Assembly (NCBI GenBank): GCA_963713955.1 | Contig: OY970216.1 | Coordinates: forward strand, 570,252 to 634,251 | From: an uncultured bacterium | GTDB taxonomy: Bacteria > Patescibacteriota > Minisyncoccia > UBA6257 > GWB1-50-10 | Length of the DNA stretch: 64,000 bases | Reading direction: 5' to 3' | Shown: in pieces, positions 1-10,566 of the stretch | Numbering within the stretch: the stretch's first letter is position 1 | Layout of the letters: each line of letters begins with the position of its first letter | Position numbers and translations under genes: made by a program | The notes under the pieces: model-generated | The model's input: the letters and a program-made list of their open reading frames with translations, nothing else | Database searches by the model: none | Told to the model about the DNA's origin: nothing

Positions 1-559
1 CAAAGTGACATACCTCCACAGCGACGTCGAAACACTGGACAGGATACGAATTCTCACAAAGCTCAGAAAAGGTGACATCGACGTCCTTGTGGGCGTGAAT
101 CTACTTCGCGAAGGATTGGACCTGCCGGAAGTGTCACTCGTGGCTATTTTGGATGCCGACAAGGAAGGATTTTTAAGAAGCGAGACGTCACTCATCCAAA
201 CGATTGGGCGCGCCGCAAGGAACGCCGAGGGTGAGGTTCTCATATACGCCGATAATATCACGGGCTCGATAGAGCGGGCGGTGAAAGAAACCGACCGCAG
301 GAGAAAACTCCAGATCACCTACAACAAAAAACACAACATTACGCCGAAGACAATCGTGAAGGAGATAAAGGATATTCTGCCGACGGAGGAGATCCTCGAC
401 CTCGAAACAAAGCCGCTCCCGAAGTCTAAGACGACACTCGAAAAGCTCATCAAACAGAAAGAACGGGAAATGAAAGAAGCGGCGGAACGTCTCGATTTTG
501 AATTAGCCGTGATCCTCCGGGACGAGATCAGGGTACTCAGCAAGAAAATAAAAAAATAA
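1..559 (+). CDS. uvrB: Excinuclease ABC subunit B, C-terminal part (5' end outside window)
   Basis: Motifs [28 protein letters not shown] and QTIGRAARN; C-terminal UVR domain. Confidence 0.97.
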   Translation, partial: KVTYLHSDVETLDRIRILTKLRKGDIDVLVGVNLLREGLDLPEVSLVAILDADKEGFLRSETSLIQTIGRAARNAEGEVLIYADNITGSIERAVKETDRRRKLQITYNKKHNITPKTIVKEIKDILPTEEILDLETKPLPKSKTTLEKLIKQKEREMKEAAERLDFELAVILRDEIRVLSKKIKK

Positions 560-571
560 CCAATCGGCGTC

Positions 572-723
572 CCAGCGAATTCCTCCTTTCAGAACCGCGG
601 TTCTCTTGCTCCAGCGGCAAGAGCCCGCTGCTTCTCAGCGAAAAATCCGCCTCTGCCGGCTGGCAGAGCGGCGGAACCAAGCTTTTTCGCTTCCGTAAGC
701 TTCTTCAAGAAGGAATTCGCTGG
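572..723. repeat. ~150-bp nested-hairpin intergenic element (MITE/REP-like)
   Basis: 13-bp perfect inverted ends CCAGCGAATTCCT / AGGAATTCGCTGG; inner stems GCGAAAAA/TTTTTCGC and CTCTGCC/GGCAGAG. Confidence 0.7.
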
Positions 724-767
724 AACTAAGCATCAAAACTGCAAAACAAATCGTATATAATTAGTGT

Positions 768-1100
768 ATGAAAATAAACATTGAGAGCACGGGACTAGAT
801 TTGACGCCGTCGATAAAAACCTATATAGAGAGCAAACTGATACCCTTGGGGAGGATCATCAAGCGATTCGAAACGAAAGGGGAAATAACCGCATTCGTCG
901 AGGTGGGACGTTTCACCAAGCATCATAAGCACGGCGACGTTTTCCGAGCTTCCGTAGACATAGACCTGCCGGGGAAAAAACTCTTTGCCGGGAACGAGAA
1001 TATCGATCTCCGGACTGCCGTTGATGAGATTAAGAACAAGATCAAAGATGATCTCCAGAAATTCAAAGAAAAAACAGTGGACCAGAGCAAAAGAAAATAG
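768..1100 (+). CDS. hpf: Ribosome hibernation promoting factor / RaiA family
   Basis: MKINIESTGLDLTPSIKTYIESKL...DLRTAVDE; S30AE-type sequence of 110 aa. Confidence 0.9.
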   Translation: MKINIESTGLDLTPSIKTYIESKLIPLGRIIKRFETKGEITAFVEVGRFTKHHKHGDVFRASVDIDLPGKKLFAGNENIDLRTAVDEIKNKIKDDLQKFKEKTVDQSKRK

Positions 1101-1108
1101 TCTTGGCT

Positions 1109-1137
1109 TTGACTCCCGCCAAGTTTAGTACTAAACT
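1109..1137 (+). promoter_or_regulatory. Sigma70 promoter upstream of uvrA, overlapped by a 16-bp perfect palindrome
   Basis: TTGACT-N17-TAAACT; AGTTTAGTACTAAACT (1122-1137) is self-complementary. Confidence 0.6.
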
Positions 1138-1278
1138 GGCTGCATACCCTCTCAGGAAGCGAACCGAGGGGTAAATTGCGCTATGACCAACCCCGCACCA
1201 AAACGAGCGCTGCGTTTGTGCGGCTGCCGTCGAAGCGATACAAAGGCACTCATTTGGTGACGGGGCAGGTAAAATCAT

Positions 1279-3801
1279 ATGAAGGATAAAATCATTATTA
1301 AAGGGGCTCGTGAACATAATTTAAAAAACATAAACCTGGAAATTCCCAGGGACAAAATGATCGTCATGACGGGGCTTTCGGGATCCGGGAAATCGTCCCT
1401 GGCGTTCGACACGATCTTCGCCGAGGGACAGCGTCGGTACGTCGAATCACTCTCCGCCTACGCCCGGCAGTTCCTGGGCCGCCTCGACAAGCCGGACGTC
1501 GACGAAATCGAAGGGCTTTCGCCCGCCATCTCAATCGATCAGAAACATCACTCGGCGAACCCGCGTTCCACCGTCGCGACCATCACGGAAATCTACGACT
1601 ATCTCCGCGTCCTTTTCGCGCGCGTCGGCGTCCCACACTGCCCAATCTGCGGACGCGAAATCAAGAAAATGACACAGGAAGAAATCGTCGACATTGCTGT
1701 CCAGATATATAAGGAAACCAAGGACAAGCGTAATATGGTAATCTTGGCGCCTGTCGTAAGAGGCCGAAAAGGGGAATATTACCAAATGCTTTACGATTTC
1801 CTGAACGCCGGATTTTCTGAAGTCCGGATCGACGGAAAGCTTATGAGTCTCAGGGAACGGATTGACCTCAGCCGCTACAAGCAGCACTCGATCGATCTCG
1901 TTGTTGACCGGATACCGGCCGCCCTTGACTTCAGGAGCAAGGAAAACCGCCTCCGTCTTGCCGAAAGTGTCGAAAACGGCCTCAAATACGGCAACGACGT
2001 CGTGACCATCATCACGGACAAAGAGGTGTCCCTCTCCGCGAAATACACGTGCCCGAACGACGGATTCTCCTTCCCGGAAATAGAGCCGCGGCTTTTCTCG
2101 TTCAACAGTCCTTTCGGAGCCTGCGACACGTGCCACGGCCTCGGCGTCGAAAATCCCTGGTCGGAGAAAATATGCCCGACATGCCTCGGGAAGCGGCTCA
2201 AAGAGGAAAGTTTGAACGTCTTGATAGACGAAAAAAATATCGCCGAAGTGACCGCTTTTTCAATCGACGACTCATTCAACTTCTTCACGAAACTAGAAGT
2301 GAAGCTCAAAAAAAACGAGAGTTCGCTCGCCATCGCCGAAGTGCCGATGAAGGAAATCAAAAATCGCCTGAAGTTCATGATCGACGTAGGGCTTGAGTAT
2401 CTCACGCTCGACCGGAAGGCCGGCACCTTGTCCGGCGGCGAATCCCAACGAATCCGGCTCGCTTCCCAGATCGGATCGCGCCTCGTGGGAGCGCTTTATA
2501 TCCTCGACGAGCCGACCATTGGGCTCCACCAGAAGGACAACGCGAAACTTATTCAAACCCTCAAAAGCCTCCGCGATCTCGGAAACACCATCATCGTCGT
2601 CGAGCACGACGAAGAAACCATACGCGAATCGGACTACCTCGTGGACATCGGCCCCGGTGCCGGCATCCACGGCGGGAAGATCGTCGCCCAGGGACCCATC
2701 CCCGAAGTATTGAAAGATAAAGGACAAACTTCTCTGACCCTGGATTATCTAAGAGGTAAGGAATTCATCGGGGTCCCCAAAACAAGGAGAGCGGTCCCGA
2801 GGACTCACGAATATCTGAGAATTCAGGGCGCCACGGAAAACAATTTGAGAAACCTTGATATCGAGATCCCGCTTCGGAGATTTTCCCTCGTAACCGGCGT
2901 TTCCGGCTCAGGCAAATCGACACTCGTCTACGACGTGCTCTTCAAGAATTTGTCCAACAGGTTCAACGGATCGCATTTCAAGGCGGGGCAGTGCAAGGGA
3001 ATAACGGGAACGGAATACATCAATCGCGTCATCAATATTGACCAATCGCCGATCGGGCGCACGCCGCGTTCCAATCCGGCCACGTATGTCGGCGCTTGGG
3101 GACCGATCCGTGACCTCTTCGCTTCGACGCCCGACGCGCGGGTCCGAGGGTACAAACCGGGGCGGTTCAGCTTCAACGTCCGAGGCGGCCGGTGTGAGAA
3201 TTGCGAAGGCCACGGCGTGATCGCGATCGAGATGCACTTCCTCCCGACCGTTTATGTGACCTGCGATGTCTGCAAGGGCAAGCGTTTCGACCGGGAAACA
3301 CTGGAGGTCGAATACAAAGAGAAAAATATTTTCGACGTCCTCGAGATGACAATCGAAGAGGCAACGAAATTCTTTAATGACATTCCCTGGGTCTACGACA
3401 AATTGAAGATATTGAACGAAGTCGGCCTCGGCTATCTCAAGCTCGGCCAGTCAGCGACTACCTTGTCCGGCGGCGAAGCGCAACGAATCAAGCTCGGCGC
3501 TGAACTCGGCAAACGGGACACGAGGCGCACGCTCTATCTTCTGGATGAGCCGACGACCGGTCTTCACTTCGCCGACGTGAAAAAACTCATTGAAGTACTC
3601 CAGAAACTCGTTGAGCGAGGAAACACTGTCGTCGTCATCGAACATAACTTGGATGTCATAAAAACGGCCGATTGGATCATCGACCTCGGACCCGAAGGAG
3701 GGGAAAAAGGTGGCCGTCTCGTCGCCGCGGGCACCCCCGAGGCAATAACCAGGAAAGTCGGCAGTTTCACTGGAGAGTACCTGAAAAAAGTTTTAAAATA
3801 G
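1279..3801 (+). CDS. uvrA: Excinuclease ABC subunit A
   Basis: Two Walker A motifs ([16 protein letters not shown]), LSGGE signatures, Zn fingers. Confidence 0.98.
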   Translation: MKDKIIIKGAREHNLKNINLEIPRDKMIVMTGLSGSGKSSLAFDTIFAEGQRRYVESLSAYARQFLGRLDKPDVDEIEGLSPAISIDQKHHSANPRSTVATITEIYDYLRVLFARVGVPHCPICGREIKKMTQEEIVDIAVQIYKETKDKRNMVILAPVVRGRKGEYYQMLYDFLNAGFSEVRIDGKLMSLRERIDLSRYKQHSIDLVVDRIPAALDFRSKENRLRLAESVENGLKYGNDVVTIITDKEVSLSAKYTCPNDGFSFPEIEPRLFSFNSPFGACDTCHGLGVENPWSEKICPTCLGKRLKEESLNVLIDEKNIAEVTAFSIDDSFNFFTKLEVKLKKNESSLAIAEVPMKEIKNRLKFMIDVGLEYLTLDRKAGTLSGGESQRIRLASQIGSRLVGALYILDEPTIGLHQKDNAKLIQTLKSLRDLGNTIIVVEHDEETIRESDYLVDIGPGAGIHGGKIVAQGPIPEVLKDKGQTSLTLDYLRGKEFIGVPKTRRAVPRTHEYLRIQGATENNLRNLDIEIPLRRFSLVTGVSGSGKSTLVYDVLFKNLSNRFNGSHFKAGQCKGITGTEYINRVINIDQSPIGRTPRSNPATYVGAWGPIRDLFASTPDARVRGYKPGRFSFNVRGGRCENCEGHGVIAIEMHFLPTVYVTCDVCKGKRFDRETLEVEYKEKNIFDVLEMTIEEATKFFNDIPWVYDKLKILNEVGLGYLKLGQSATTLSGGEAQRIKLGAELGKRDTRRTLYLLDEPTTGLHFADVKKLIEVLQKLVERGNTVVVIEHNLDVIKTADWIIDLGPEGGEKGGRLVAAGTPEAITRKVGSFTGEYLKKVLK

Positions 3802-3807
3802 ATAGGT

Positions 3808-4668
3808 ATGGTAAAACCTAAAACGATAGGTTTGGCGCTGGGGGGTGGGGGAGCCAAGGGACTAGCTCATATCGGCGTCTTGAAGACACTCCTCAGGGCC
3901 GGATTCAAAATCGATTACCTCGCAGGCACAAGCATGGGATCCCTTATCGGCGGGCTCTACGCCGCGACGGAGGATATCAACTTCATAGAAAATCTGTTCC
4001 TTGAAATAGCAGAAAAATATGCATTCCACCGGAAGCATTTGCGAAAGAAGGGTGGCATGTTTTTTAAGGACGAGAAGATCGTAGAGGAACTCCTCTCCGA
4101 GAAAATAGACGGCCTTGATATCAAAAACACGAAAATCCCATTTAAGGCCATTGCGACTGACGTCAAGAAAGGTGATGAAGTGGTGATGGAAAGAGGGAGC
4201 CTTGTTGAAGCCATCAAAGCGAGTTCCGCCATGCCGGTTGCCTTCAATCCCGTCGAGATAGACGGAAGACTTCTCATGGACGGCGGATTCGTAAATCCGA
4301 TTCCCGTGGACGTCGTGAAGGAAATGGGAGCCGAATTCGTAATCGGCGTCGACGTCTCAAGCAAGTGGCCAAACATAGAGGAAGAAAGTTTCTCGATCCA
4401 CGGAATCAAATCGATCATCATCGACGCATTCTCAGCTCTGGAATATCAGGTAGCCAAGGAGAGAATCAAGAGCGCCGATTTCATGCTCCACCCTGCAATC
4501 CTGAGCTACCACTGGGATGATTTCCGACTGGCGGAAGAAATAATAGAAAAAGGAGTGAATGAAACGGCGAACAATATCGGCGAAATAAGAGCGGCAACCC
4601 ATTATCCCAAGCCGGTGAAAAAACCTCTCCAAAGTTTTATCGATTTCATCTCAGGAAACGACTACTGA
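3808..4668 (+). CDS. Patatin-like phospholipase (RssA/NTE family)
   Basis: GGGGAKG, GTSMG nucleophile elbow, DGG motif. Confidence 0.92.
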   Translation: MVKPKTIGLALGGGGAKGLAHIGVLKTLLRAGFKIDYLAGTSMGSLIGGLYAATEDINFIENLFLEIAEKYAFHRKHLRKKGGMFFKDEKIVEELLSEKIDGLDIKNTKIPFKAIATDVKKGDEVVMERGSLVEAIKASSAMPVAFNPVEIDGRLLMDGGFVNPIPVDVVKEMGAEFVIGVDVSSKWPNIEEESFSIHGIKSIIIDAFSALEYQVAKERIKSADFMLHPAILSYHWDDFRLAEEIIEKGVNETANNIGEIRAATHYPKPVKKPLQSFIDFISGNDY

Positions 4669-4671
4669 GGC

Positions 4672-4818
4672 GCAAGCAGCTGATACGTTCTTCAGACACG
4701 CGTCGGTCCGCCCCAGCCGGCGGACCACGCTCGACCTCGTCCTCACTCTTCTGCCTTACTGGCAGAAACCATGCCCGCTCGGACTCCGCACGGTCTTCAA
4801 AACATATCAGCTGCTTGC
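4672..4818. repeat. ~147-bp nested-hairpin intergenic element
   Basis: 14-bp perfect inverted ends GCAAGCAGCTGATA / TATCAGCTGCTTGC; inner GGTCCGCC..GGCGGACC and TTCTGCC..GGCAGAA hairpins. Confidence 0.7.
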
Positions 4819-4847
4819 TTTTTTATTTTTAAAGGGAAAAATTATAG

Positions 4848-6077
4848 ATGATGAAATTGTACGAAAAGCTGCCCGATACTCCCGGTGTCTACACCATGGA
4901 AGACGCCAGCGGCCGGATTCTTTACATCGGCAAAGCCGTCAATTTGAAGCGGCGAGTTTCGAGCTACTTCCTGAAGCCGCACGATGCGCGGATTGAAAGT
5001 CTCGTGAAAGAGATTAAGAAAATTGATTTTAAGAAAACCGACACCGCGATTGAAGCACTCATCCTGGAGTCAGAACTGATAAAAAAGCACCAGCCGCCGT
5101 TCAATGTCAAGGAAAAGGACGACAAGAGTTTTCTCTATGTCGGGATAACCACGGAGAAATTTCCTCGCGTCCTCTTAATCCGCGGCAAAGACATCGGCCA
5201 AACAAAAGAGTTCAGGGTCGTCCACGGGCCATTCACGTCCGCTTCGAGCATTCGCGAAGCCCTCCGGATCATAAGAAAAATCTTCCCGTACGCGACGCAT
5301 CCAGAACCCAAGAGATCACAAGTGAGGGCTTGCTTCGACTACCAAATCGGCCTTTGCCCGGGAACGTGCATCGGCGCGATCTCGCAGAAGGATTATATGA
5401 AAAACATCAGGAACATCGAACTTTTCTTCAGTGGAAAAAAAGAAAGGATCATCAAAAATTTGGAGCGCGAGATGAAAACGGCGAGTAAGATGTTGAATTT
5501 CGAGCGAGCGGGGGAATTGAAGCGCCAACTTTTCGCTCTCCAACACATTCAGGACGTTGCAGTCATCAAGGGAGACGAGATATCCGATACTCGAAATTCG
5601 AAATTAGAAGTTAGAAATTCCACGAAGCGGATAGAGGGTTATGATATATCGAATATCTCGGGTACTTCGGCCGTAGGCTCGATGGTCGTTTTCACCGACG
5701 GGAAACCAGACAAAAAAGAATACCGCAAATTCAAGATACGAACCGTTCTCCAACCGAACGATTTCGGGATGCTCCGGGAAGTCCTAGAAAGACGCCTGAA
5801 AAGAATTCCGCCGGCTGGCGGATGGCCGTTGCCCGACCTGTTTCTGATAGACGGCGGCAAAGGGCAAGTCAGCGCCGTGAAGAGCGTCATCCGAAAGGCG
5901 GGATTAAAAACGCCCGTCGTCGGGATCGCGAAGGGCCCGGAACGGAAGCGGAACGACATCGTGGGAAAGATTCCCGACTTCACAGATCTCCAAACACTCG
6001 TAAAAGTACGAGACGAAGCTCATCGCTTCGCCATCACCTACCACAAGAAAGTGAGGGAATATAATTTCCTGAAATAG
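4848..6077 (+). CDS. uvrC: Excinuclease ABC subunit C (short form lacking C-terminal HhH)
   Basis: GIY-YIG (GVY...YIGKAVNLKRRVSSYF), UVR domain, IEGYDISN, IDGGKGQ, RDEAHRFA. Confidence 0.93.
   Translation: MMKLYEKLPDTPGVYTMEDASGRILYIGKAVNLKRRVSSYFLKPHDARIESLVKEIKKIDFKKTDTAIEALILESELIKKHQPPFNVKEKDDKSFLYVGITTEKFPRVLLIRGKDIGQTKEFRVVHGPFTSASSIREALRIIRKIFPYATHPEPKRSQVRACFDYQIGLCPGTCIGAISQKDYMKNIRNIELFFSGKKERIIKNLEREMKTASKMLNFERAGELKRQLFALQHIQDVAVIKGDEISDTRNSKLEVRNSTKRIEGYDISNISGTSAVGSMVVFTDGKPDKKEYRKFKIRTVLQPNDFGMLREVLERRLKRIPPAGGWPLPDLFLIDGGKGQVSAVKSVIRKAGLKTPVVGIAKGPERKRNDIVGKIPDFTDLQTLVKVRDEAHRFAITYHKKVREYNFLK
5584..5618. repeat. Intragenic heptamer tandem array in uvrC
   Basis: CCGATAC TCGAAAT TCGAAAT TAGAAGT TAGAAAT. 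Confidence 0.7.
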
Positions 6078-6079
6078 GT

Positions 6080-6418
6080 TTATCCCCGCCGGTACTCCGC
6101 GAGGGATTTTTCAACTCTTTCTTTGACTTTCCCGATCGTCTCTGCCGAAACTTTCTCGCTCGGCACCAACTGAGTGTCCAGCTCCGTTTCGATGCTCACC
6201 ATCAACCGCTCCACATATTCACTGCCAAACCCCCGCACGCGTTCCAGCGCATCCACCACCATTTTATTCAATTCCTTCCCGACCACATCAGGATCAACTC
6301 CTGCCTCCAAAGCTCCACGGTAGTTCTTCATAAAAGCCTCAATGAGATCCTGTGAAATCTCATCGGGAGAAACCGCTGGTTCTTCAAGGCTCTCGCTAAA
6401 ATTACCCTCCCTGCTCAT
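6080..6418 (-). CDS. Hypothetical acidic protein
   Basis: 112-aa ORF filling the gap; upstream TACAAT -10-like site. Confidence 0.7.
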   Translation of the reverse strand: MSREGNFSESLEEPAVSPDEISQDLIEAFMKNYRGALEAGVDPDVVGKELNKMVVDALERVRGFGSEYVERLMVSIETELDTQLVPSEKVSAETIGKVKERVEKSLAEYRRG

Positions 6419-6457
6419 AACATTTTTATTGTATCACTATTTCAAAGCAAGAGCAAC

Positions 6458-7546
6458 CTAGAGCACTGGTTTATACTCCTTCTTCCTAAAAAAGTAACCC
6501 TCAAGGGAATATCCGTCGTACCCGTAGAAGATGTAGGCGATGGGGATTCCAATGAGGATAAGATGGGGCCACACGATCTCTCCGAAAAAAATCAAGGAAA
6601 GCGTGAGCCAAAAAAGGAAAAAAAGCGACGTGAAACGAATCTCGAATCCCAGGATGAAAAAGAGACCGATGAGGAGTTCGATAATGGCTGCACCGAGGAC
6701 GAGAAAGTGCGGTTCGAAACCGAGAATCTTATCGAGGTGGTACTCTTGAACAGTAAAAAGCGCCAGATTGTTGTGGATGATCTTGGCGTACGCGGAGGCG
6801 TAGATAAGCGCGACGCCGAAAAGAACGCGCAGAATCGCGAAACTACGGGGGACCAGGTACTGCTTGATTTTAGAAAACCAAGTTACAGTCGTTGGTTTTG
6901 TGTTCTTCACTTTTCCATGCTGAGCGGTGAAATGAGCATCAAGGCTCAAGCCGTGAGCGCCAAGGACGAGGAGAACGATGATCTCACCAAGATAATTCAC
7001 ATACGTGAGCATATAAACGCCATGGAACCAAATGGTAAAACCGAAGATTACGAGGGCGACGAAAGCAGCCGGTCGAACCCAAAGACCGATGATAGCTAAA
7101 ATTCCGAGAATGGCGAATATAACCGTTACGACGCTAGAAAACTGTCCGAAGGTGGATGACAACGGCAGTTCGGGTCCGAAGGTTGCTTGGTAATAAGCGC
7201 AAGCGAGGAAAGAAATGCCGATGGCCAGTCGAGCAATGAATGGCGCATATTTCTTTATCTTCATAAAAATCGGACTGAGCCGGCGCTCGAGAAAGCGCAG
7301 GGTTGAAATGAAGAAAACGCAGAAGATAGTGAAAATCGCGATGAAAGCCCAAAAGACGAATTGATGCAAGTTCTGAATAGCGACATCAAGGAGACTAAAC
7401 GAGGGCGCGTCGACAGCCCGCACAATTGATGAGGAGGAGAGGACATACACCTCGTGCGCGGAAGCAGCGGGCGCCAAAAACAAAAAGAGCATCGTCATGA
7501 ACGCTGCCCCCCCGAAGCAAATAAACAATCGTCTTTTCCTTCCCAT
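6458..7546 (-). CDS. DoxX-family membrane protein with two DoxX-like halves
   Basis: Signal peptide, multiple TM helices, RLAIG/RVLFG and ELLIG motifs, SLD/SLE ends. Confidence 0.75.
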   Translation of the reverse strand: MGRKRRLFICFGGAAFMTMLFLFLAPAASAHEVYVLSSSSIVRAVDAPSFSLLDVAIQNLHQFVFWAFIAIFTIFCVFFISTLRFLERRLSPIFMKIKKYAPFIARLAIGISFLACAYYQATFGPELPLSSTFGQFSSVVTVIFAILGILAIIGLWVRPAAFVALVIFGFTIWFHGVYMLTYVNYLGEIIVLLVLGAHGLSLDAHFTAQHGKVKNTKPTTVTWFSKIKQYLVPRSFAILRVLFGVALIYASAYAKIIHNNLALFTVQEYHLDKILGFEPHFLVLGAAIIELLIGLFFILGFEIRFTSLFFLFWLTLSLIFFGEIVWPHLILIGIPIAYIFYGYDGYSLEGYFFRKKEYKPVL

Positions 7547-7610
7547 CTCTTTCCATTATAAACCATAAAATTTTTGACAACAGGGGAAAACTCTGGTTCA
7601 ATAAGGCGTC

Positions 7611-9458
7611 ATGGTAACCGAACGGAAAGATATCAGAAATATCGCAATAATAGCGCATGTCGATCACGGCAAGACTACGCTGGTTGACGCGCTTTTGAAG
7701 CAGTCCGAAGGGTTCAAAATGAAAGGGGATGCACCCCAGGACCTCATCATGGATTCGAACGAGCTGGAACGGGAGCGGGGAATCACCATATTTTCCAAGA
7801 ACGCCGCGGTGCACTATAAAGGCGTGAAAATCAACATCGTGGACACGCCGGGCCACGCCGACTTCGGCGGGGAAGTGGAGCGCATTATGCGCATGGTGGA
7901 CGGCGTTTTGCTTCTCATCGACGCCAAGGAAGGCCCGATGCCCCAGACGAAATTCGTGCTCCGGAAAGCGATCCAAGCGGGACACAAGGTAATTCTCATC
8001 GTGAACAAAATCGACAAGCCGGACGCACGCCCCGAGTGGGTTTTGAACGCCACGTACGATCTATTCATAGAACTCGGCGCGACGGAAGAACAGATAGAAT
8101 TCCCGGTAATTTACGCTTCGGCGATCAAGGGCAAAGCCGGATTAAAGCCTGATCTCGACGGGATGAAGGACGTGGAGCCCGTTTTCGACGCCATCCTTTC
8201 GTATATTCCGGCCCCCGCGATCGACGATTCGAAACCTCTCCAGATGCTCACCGTGAACCTCGTCTACGACAATTACAAAGGTAAGGTCGCCGTGGGACGC
8301 TTGTACTCCGGAACCTTGAAAAAGGGGACGACCGTGGCCCACATCACGCGGAACGGAGAAATCAAGAAAGAACAGCTGAGCGCTGTCATGCTCTTCGACG
8401 GCCTCGCCCGCGTGGACGTGGATACAGCCGAGGCGGGCGACATCGTGGCCGTTGCGGGAATTCCCGACATTTCGATCGGCGAGACCATCGCCGATTCAGA
8501 AAACCCCGTCGCACTCCCCATAATCAAGATCGACGAACCGACGATAAAAATGACGTTCAGCGTGAACACTTCGCCATTCGCCGGCCAAGACGGAACCTAC
8601 ACGACTTCGAGAAACATAAAAGAACGGCTGGAGCACGAGCTCGAGACCGACGTCGCGCTTTCCGTGACCCCGACTGACTCCTTCGACCGCTGGGTGGTTG
8701 CCGGGAGGGGGGAACTCCATCTTGCCATCCTCATCGAGAAAATGCGGCGGGAAGGATTCGAAATGGAAGTTTCGAAACCGCAGGTTATTTTTAAGGAAGA
8801 TCCATCAGGCGGCGGAGGAAAAAAACTCGAGCCGATCGAACTCGTCTCGATAGAGATTCCAGAGGCTTATTCCGGCACGATCATAGAGATGATGGGCAAA
8901 CGTCTAGGAATCATGAAGGATATGAGAGTTGACAATGGAACGGCCTTCATGGATTTCGCGATCCCCACGAGAGGTCTCATCGGCATACGAAACAGGTTCC
9001 TAACTTCAACCAAAGGAACGGGAATCATGAACAGCATCTTCCTGGGATATGAGCCGTATAAAGGTGACCTGAACAGCGAGGAACACGGCTCGATCGTGAA
9101 TACCGAAATCGGAACGACCAACAACTACGGCCTCGTGGCCGCCCAGGGGAGAGGAAAGCTCTTCGTCGAAGCCGGCATCCAGGCCTACGAAGGGATGGTA
9201 GTAGGCATGAACGCCAAGGCGGGCGACGTCCTCGTGAACGCCTGCCGGACGAGAGAACTCACCAACTTCAGGGCCAAGAATGAGGGTCTTCAGGACCAGC
9301 TCGAAGTGCCTCTGAAACTAACACTTGAGGATGCTTTGAACTACATCGGCGATGACGAATTGGTTGAAATAACGCCGAAAAACATACGGATCCGGAAGAT
9401 GTTTTTGACCGAAAACGAGAGAAGGAAGGCAAGAAGAGAGGAAAAAGACCGGCAGTGA
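7611..9458 (+). CDS. typA: Translational GTPase TypA/BipA
   Basis: AHVDHGKTT, RGITI, DTPGHADF, NKID, GRGELHL, ELVEITP. Confidence 0.97.
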   Translation: MVTERKDIRNIAIIAHVDHGKTTLVDALLKQSEGFKMKGDAPQDLIMDSNELERERGITIFSKNAAVHYKGVKINIVDTPGHADFGGEVERIMRMVDGVLLLIDAKEGPMPQTKFVLRKAIQAGHKVILIVNKIDKPDARPEWVLNATYDLFIELGATEEQIEFPVIYASAIKGKAGLKPDLDGMKDVEPVFDAILSYIPAPAIDDSKPLQMLTVNLVYDNYKGKVAVGRLYSGTLKKGTTVAHITRNGEIKKEQLSAVMLFDGLARVDVDTAEAGDIVAVAGIPDISIGETIADSENPVALPIIKIDEPTIKMTFSVNTSPFAGQDGTYTTSRNIKERLEHELETDVALSVTPTDSFDRWVVAGRGELHLAILIEKMRREGFEMEVSKPQVIFKEDPSGGGGKKLEPIELVSIEIPEAYSGTIIEMMGKRLGIMKDMRVDNGTAFMDFAIPTRGLIGIRNRFLTSTKGTGIMNSIFLGYEPYKGDLNSEEHGSIVNTEIGTTNNYGLVAAQGRGKLFVEAGIQAYEGMVVGMNAKAGDVLVNACRTRELTNFRAKNEGLQDQLEVPLKLTLEDALNYIGDDELVEITPKNIRIRKMFLTENERRKARREEKDRQ

Positions 9459-9496
9459 TATAATCAGGTAAGTAGCATAGAAAGGAGGGAAAAGAT

Positions 9497-9766
9497 ATGA
9501 AAATATCTTTTCGCATGAATCGCAGCAGGTTGGAACAGATCTTAGAAATAAACGAGGCGGCAACATCGATAGAAGACCTGATAATAAAGGTCAACAGCCG
9601 CGTGGCTAGTAATTTCTATCGCAATGACCTCCTCTTGTTCGACTTCGACAACACGGGAGTAAAAACGGAAGGGGAAGAGATAAAGATAACCTTCGTAGTT
9701 ACCACTTTTTCCAAAGCCGTTTTCCACTTCATCGCCGGAAAGATCAGAGAATTGTTTCCAGCCTAA
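9497..9766 (+). CDS. Hypothetical protein
   Basis: 89-aa ORF with strong RBS AAGGAGG; downstream hairpin. Confidence 0.6.
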   Translation: MKISFRMNRSRLEQILEINEAATSIEDLIIKVNSRVASNFYRNDLLLFDFDNTGVKTEGEEIKITFVVTTFSKAVFHFIAGKIRELFPA

Positions 9767-9810
9767 AAGAGGGCTTGTTCTAAACCAATAAGCCCTCTAA
9801 AATATAGTGA

Positions 9811-10566
9811 ATGTCCATTTATTACACAGCCCAGAGAAAAACGAGAATATTCGATCCGGCGGCGAAAGAACCGTTCCTGATATCGCGGAGCGGGATAGAA
9901 CTCTTCATGGAATGCCCCCGCTGCTTTTACCTGGATAAGAGAAAAGGCGTCGCGCGGCCGAACGGGTTTCCGTTCAGCCTGAACAACGCTGTCGACGCAC
10001 TGTTGAAAAAAGAATTCGACGTCCACCGGACCGCCGGATCTAAGCATCCTCTTGTGAAGGCATACGGCATCGATGCCATCCCGTACGCCGACGAAAGGCT
10101 AGAAGAATGGCGCGACTCGCGAACGCGAGGCGTAAAATTCGTCCATGAGCCGACCAATCTCGCCATCCACGGCGGGATCGACGACGTCTGGGTGAACCCG
10201 AAAGGGGAGCTTCACGTCGTCGACTACAAAGCGACATCAAAGAGCGGGGAAGTGAGTTTAGATGCAGATTGGCAGATATCGTACAAGCGCCAGGTGGAAG
10301 TGTATCAGTGGCTTTTCCGACGGAACGGATTTAAGGTGTCCGATACTGCGTACTTCGTGTATTGCAACGGCAATGCCGACAAGGAGGCTTTCGACGGCAA
10401 GTTGGAATTCGACGTGAAAATTATCCCGTATGACGGGAATGATGAATGGATTGAGAAGGCTTTGAGCGACATAAAAAAATGCTTGATGGCCGATAATATT
10501 CCCGACCCAGACCCGGATTGCGATTACTGCAAATACCGATTCGCCATGCATAAAGTGGAAAAATAA
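9811..10566 (+). CDS. PD-(D/E)XK nuclease family protein (Cas4/AddB-like, 4 Cys)
   Basis: CPRCF, GGIDD, VDYK, QVEVY, CDYC. Confidence 0.88.
   Translation: MSIYYTAQRKTRIFDPAAKEPFLISRSGIELFMECPRCFYLDKRKGVARPNGFPFSLNNAVDALLKKEFDVHRTAGSKHPLVKAYGIDAIPYADERLEEWRDSRTRGVKFVHEPTNLAIHGGIDDVWVNPKGELHVVDYKATSKSGEVSLDADWQISYKRQVEVYQWLFRRNGFKVSDTAYFVYCNGNADKEAFDGKLEFDVKIIPYDGNDEWIEKALSDIKKCLMADNIPDPDPDCDYCKYRFAMHKVEK

Noticed and set aside
1148-1173. Glycine riboswitch (CTCTCAGG motif)
   Set aside because: The GGAGA and CCGAAG elements of the aptamer are missing and the gene context (uvrA) does not fit
9811-10566. Cas4-like nuclease suggesting a CRISPR locus
   Set aside because: No repeat-spacer array or other cas genes in the window; solo PD-(D/E)XK nucleases are common
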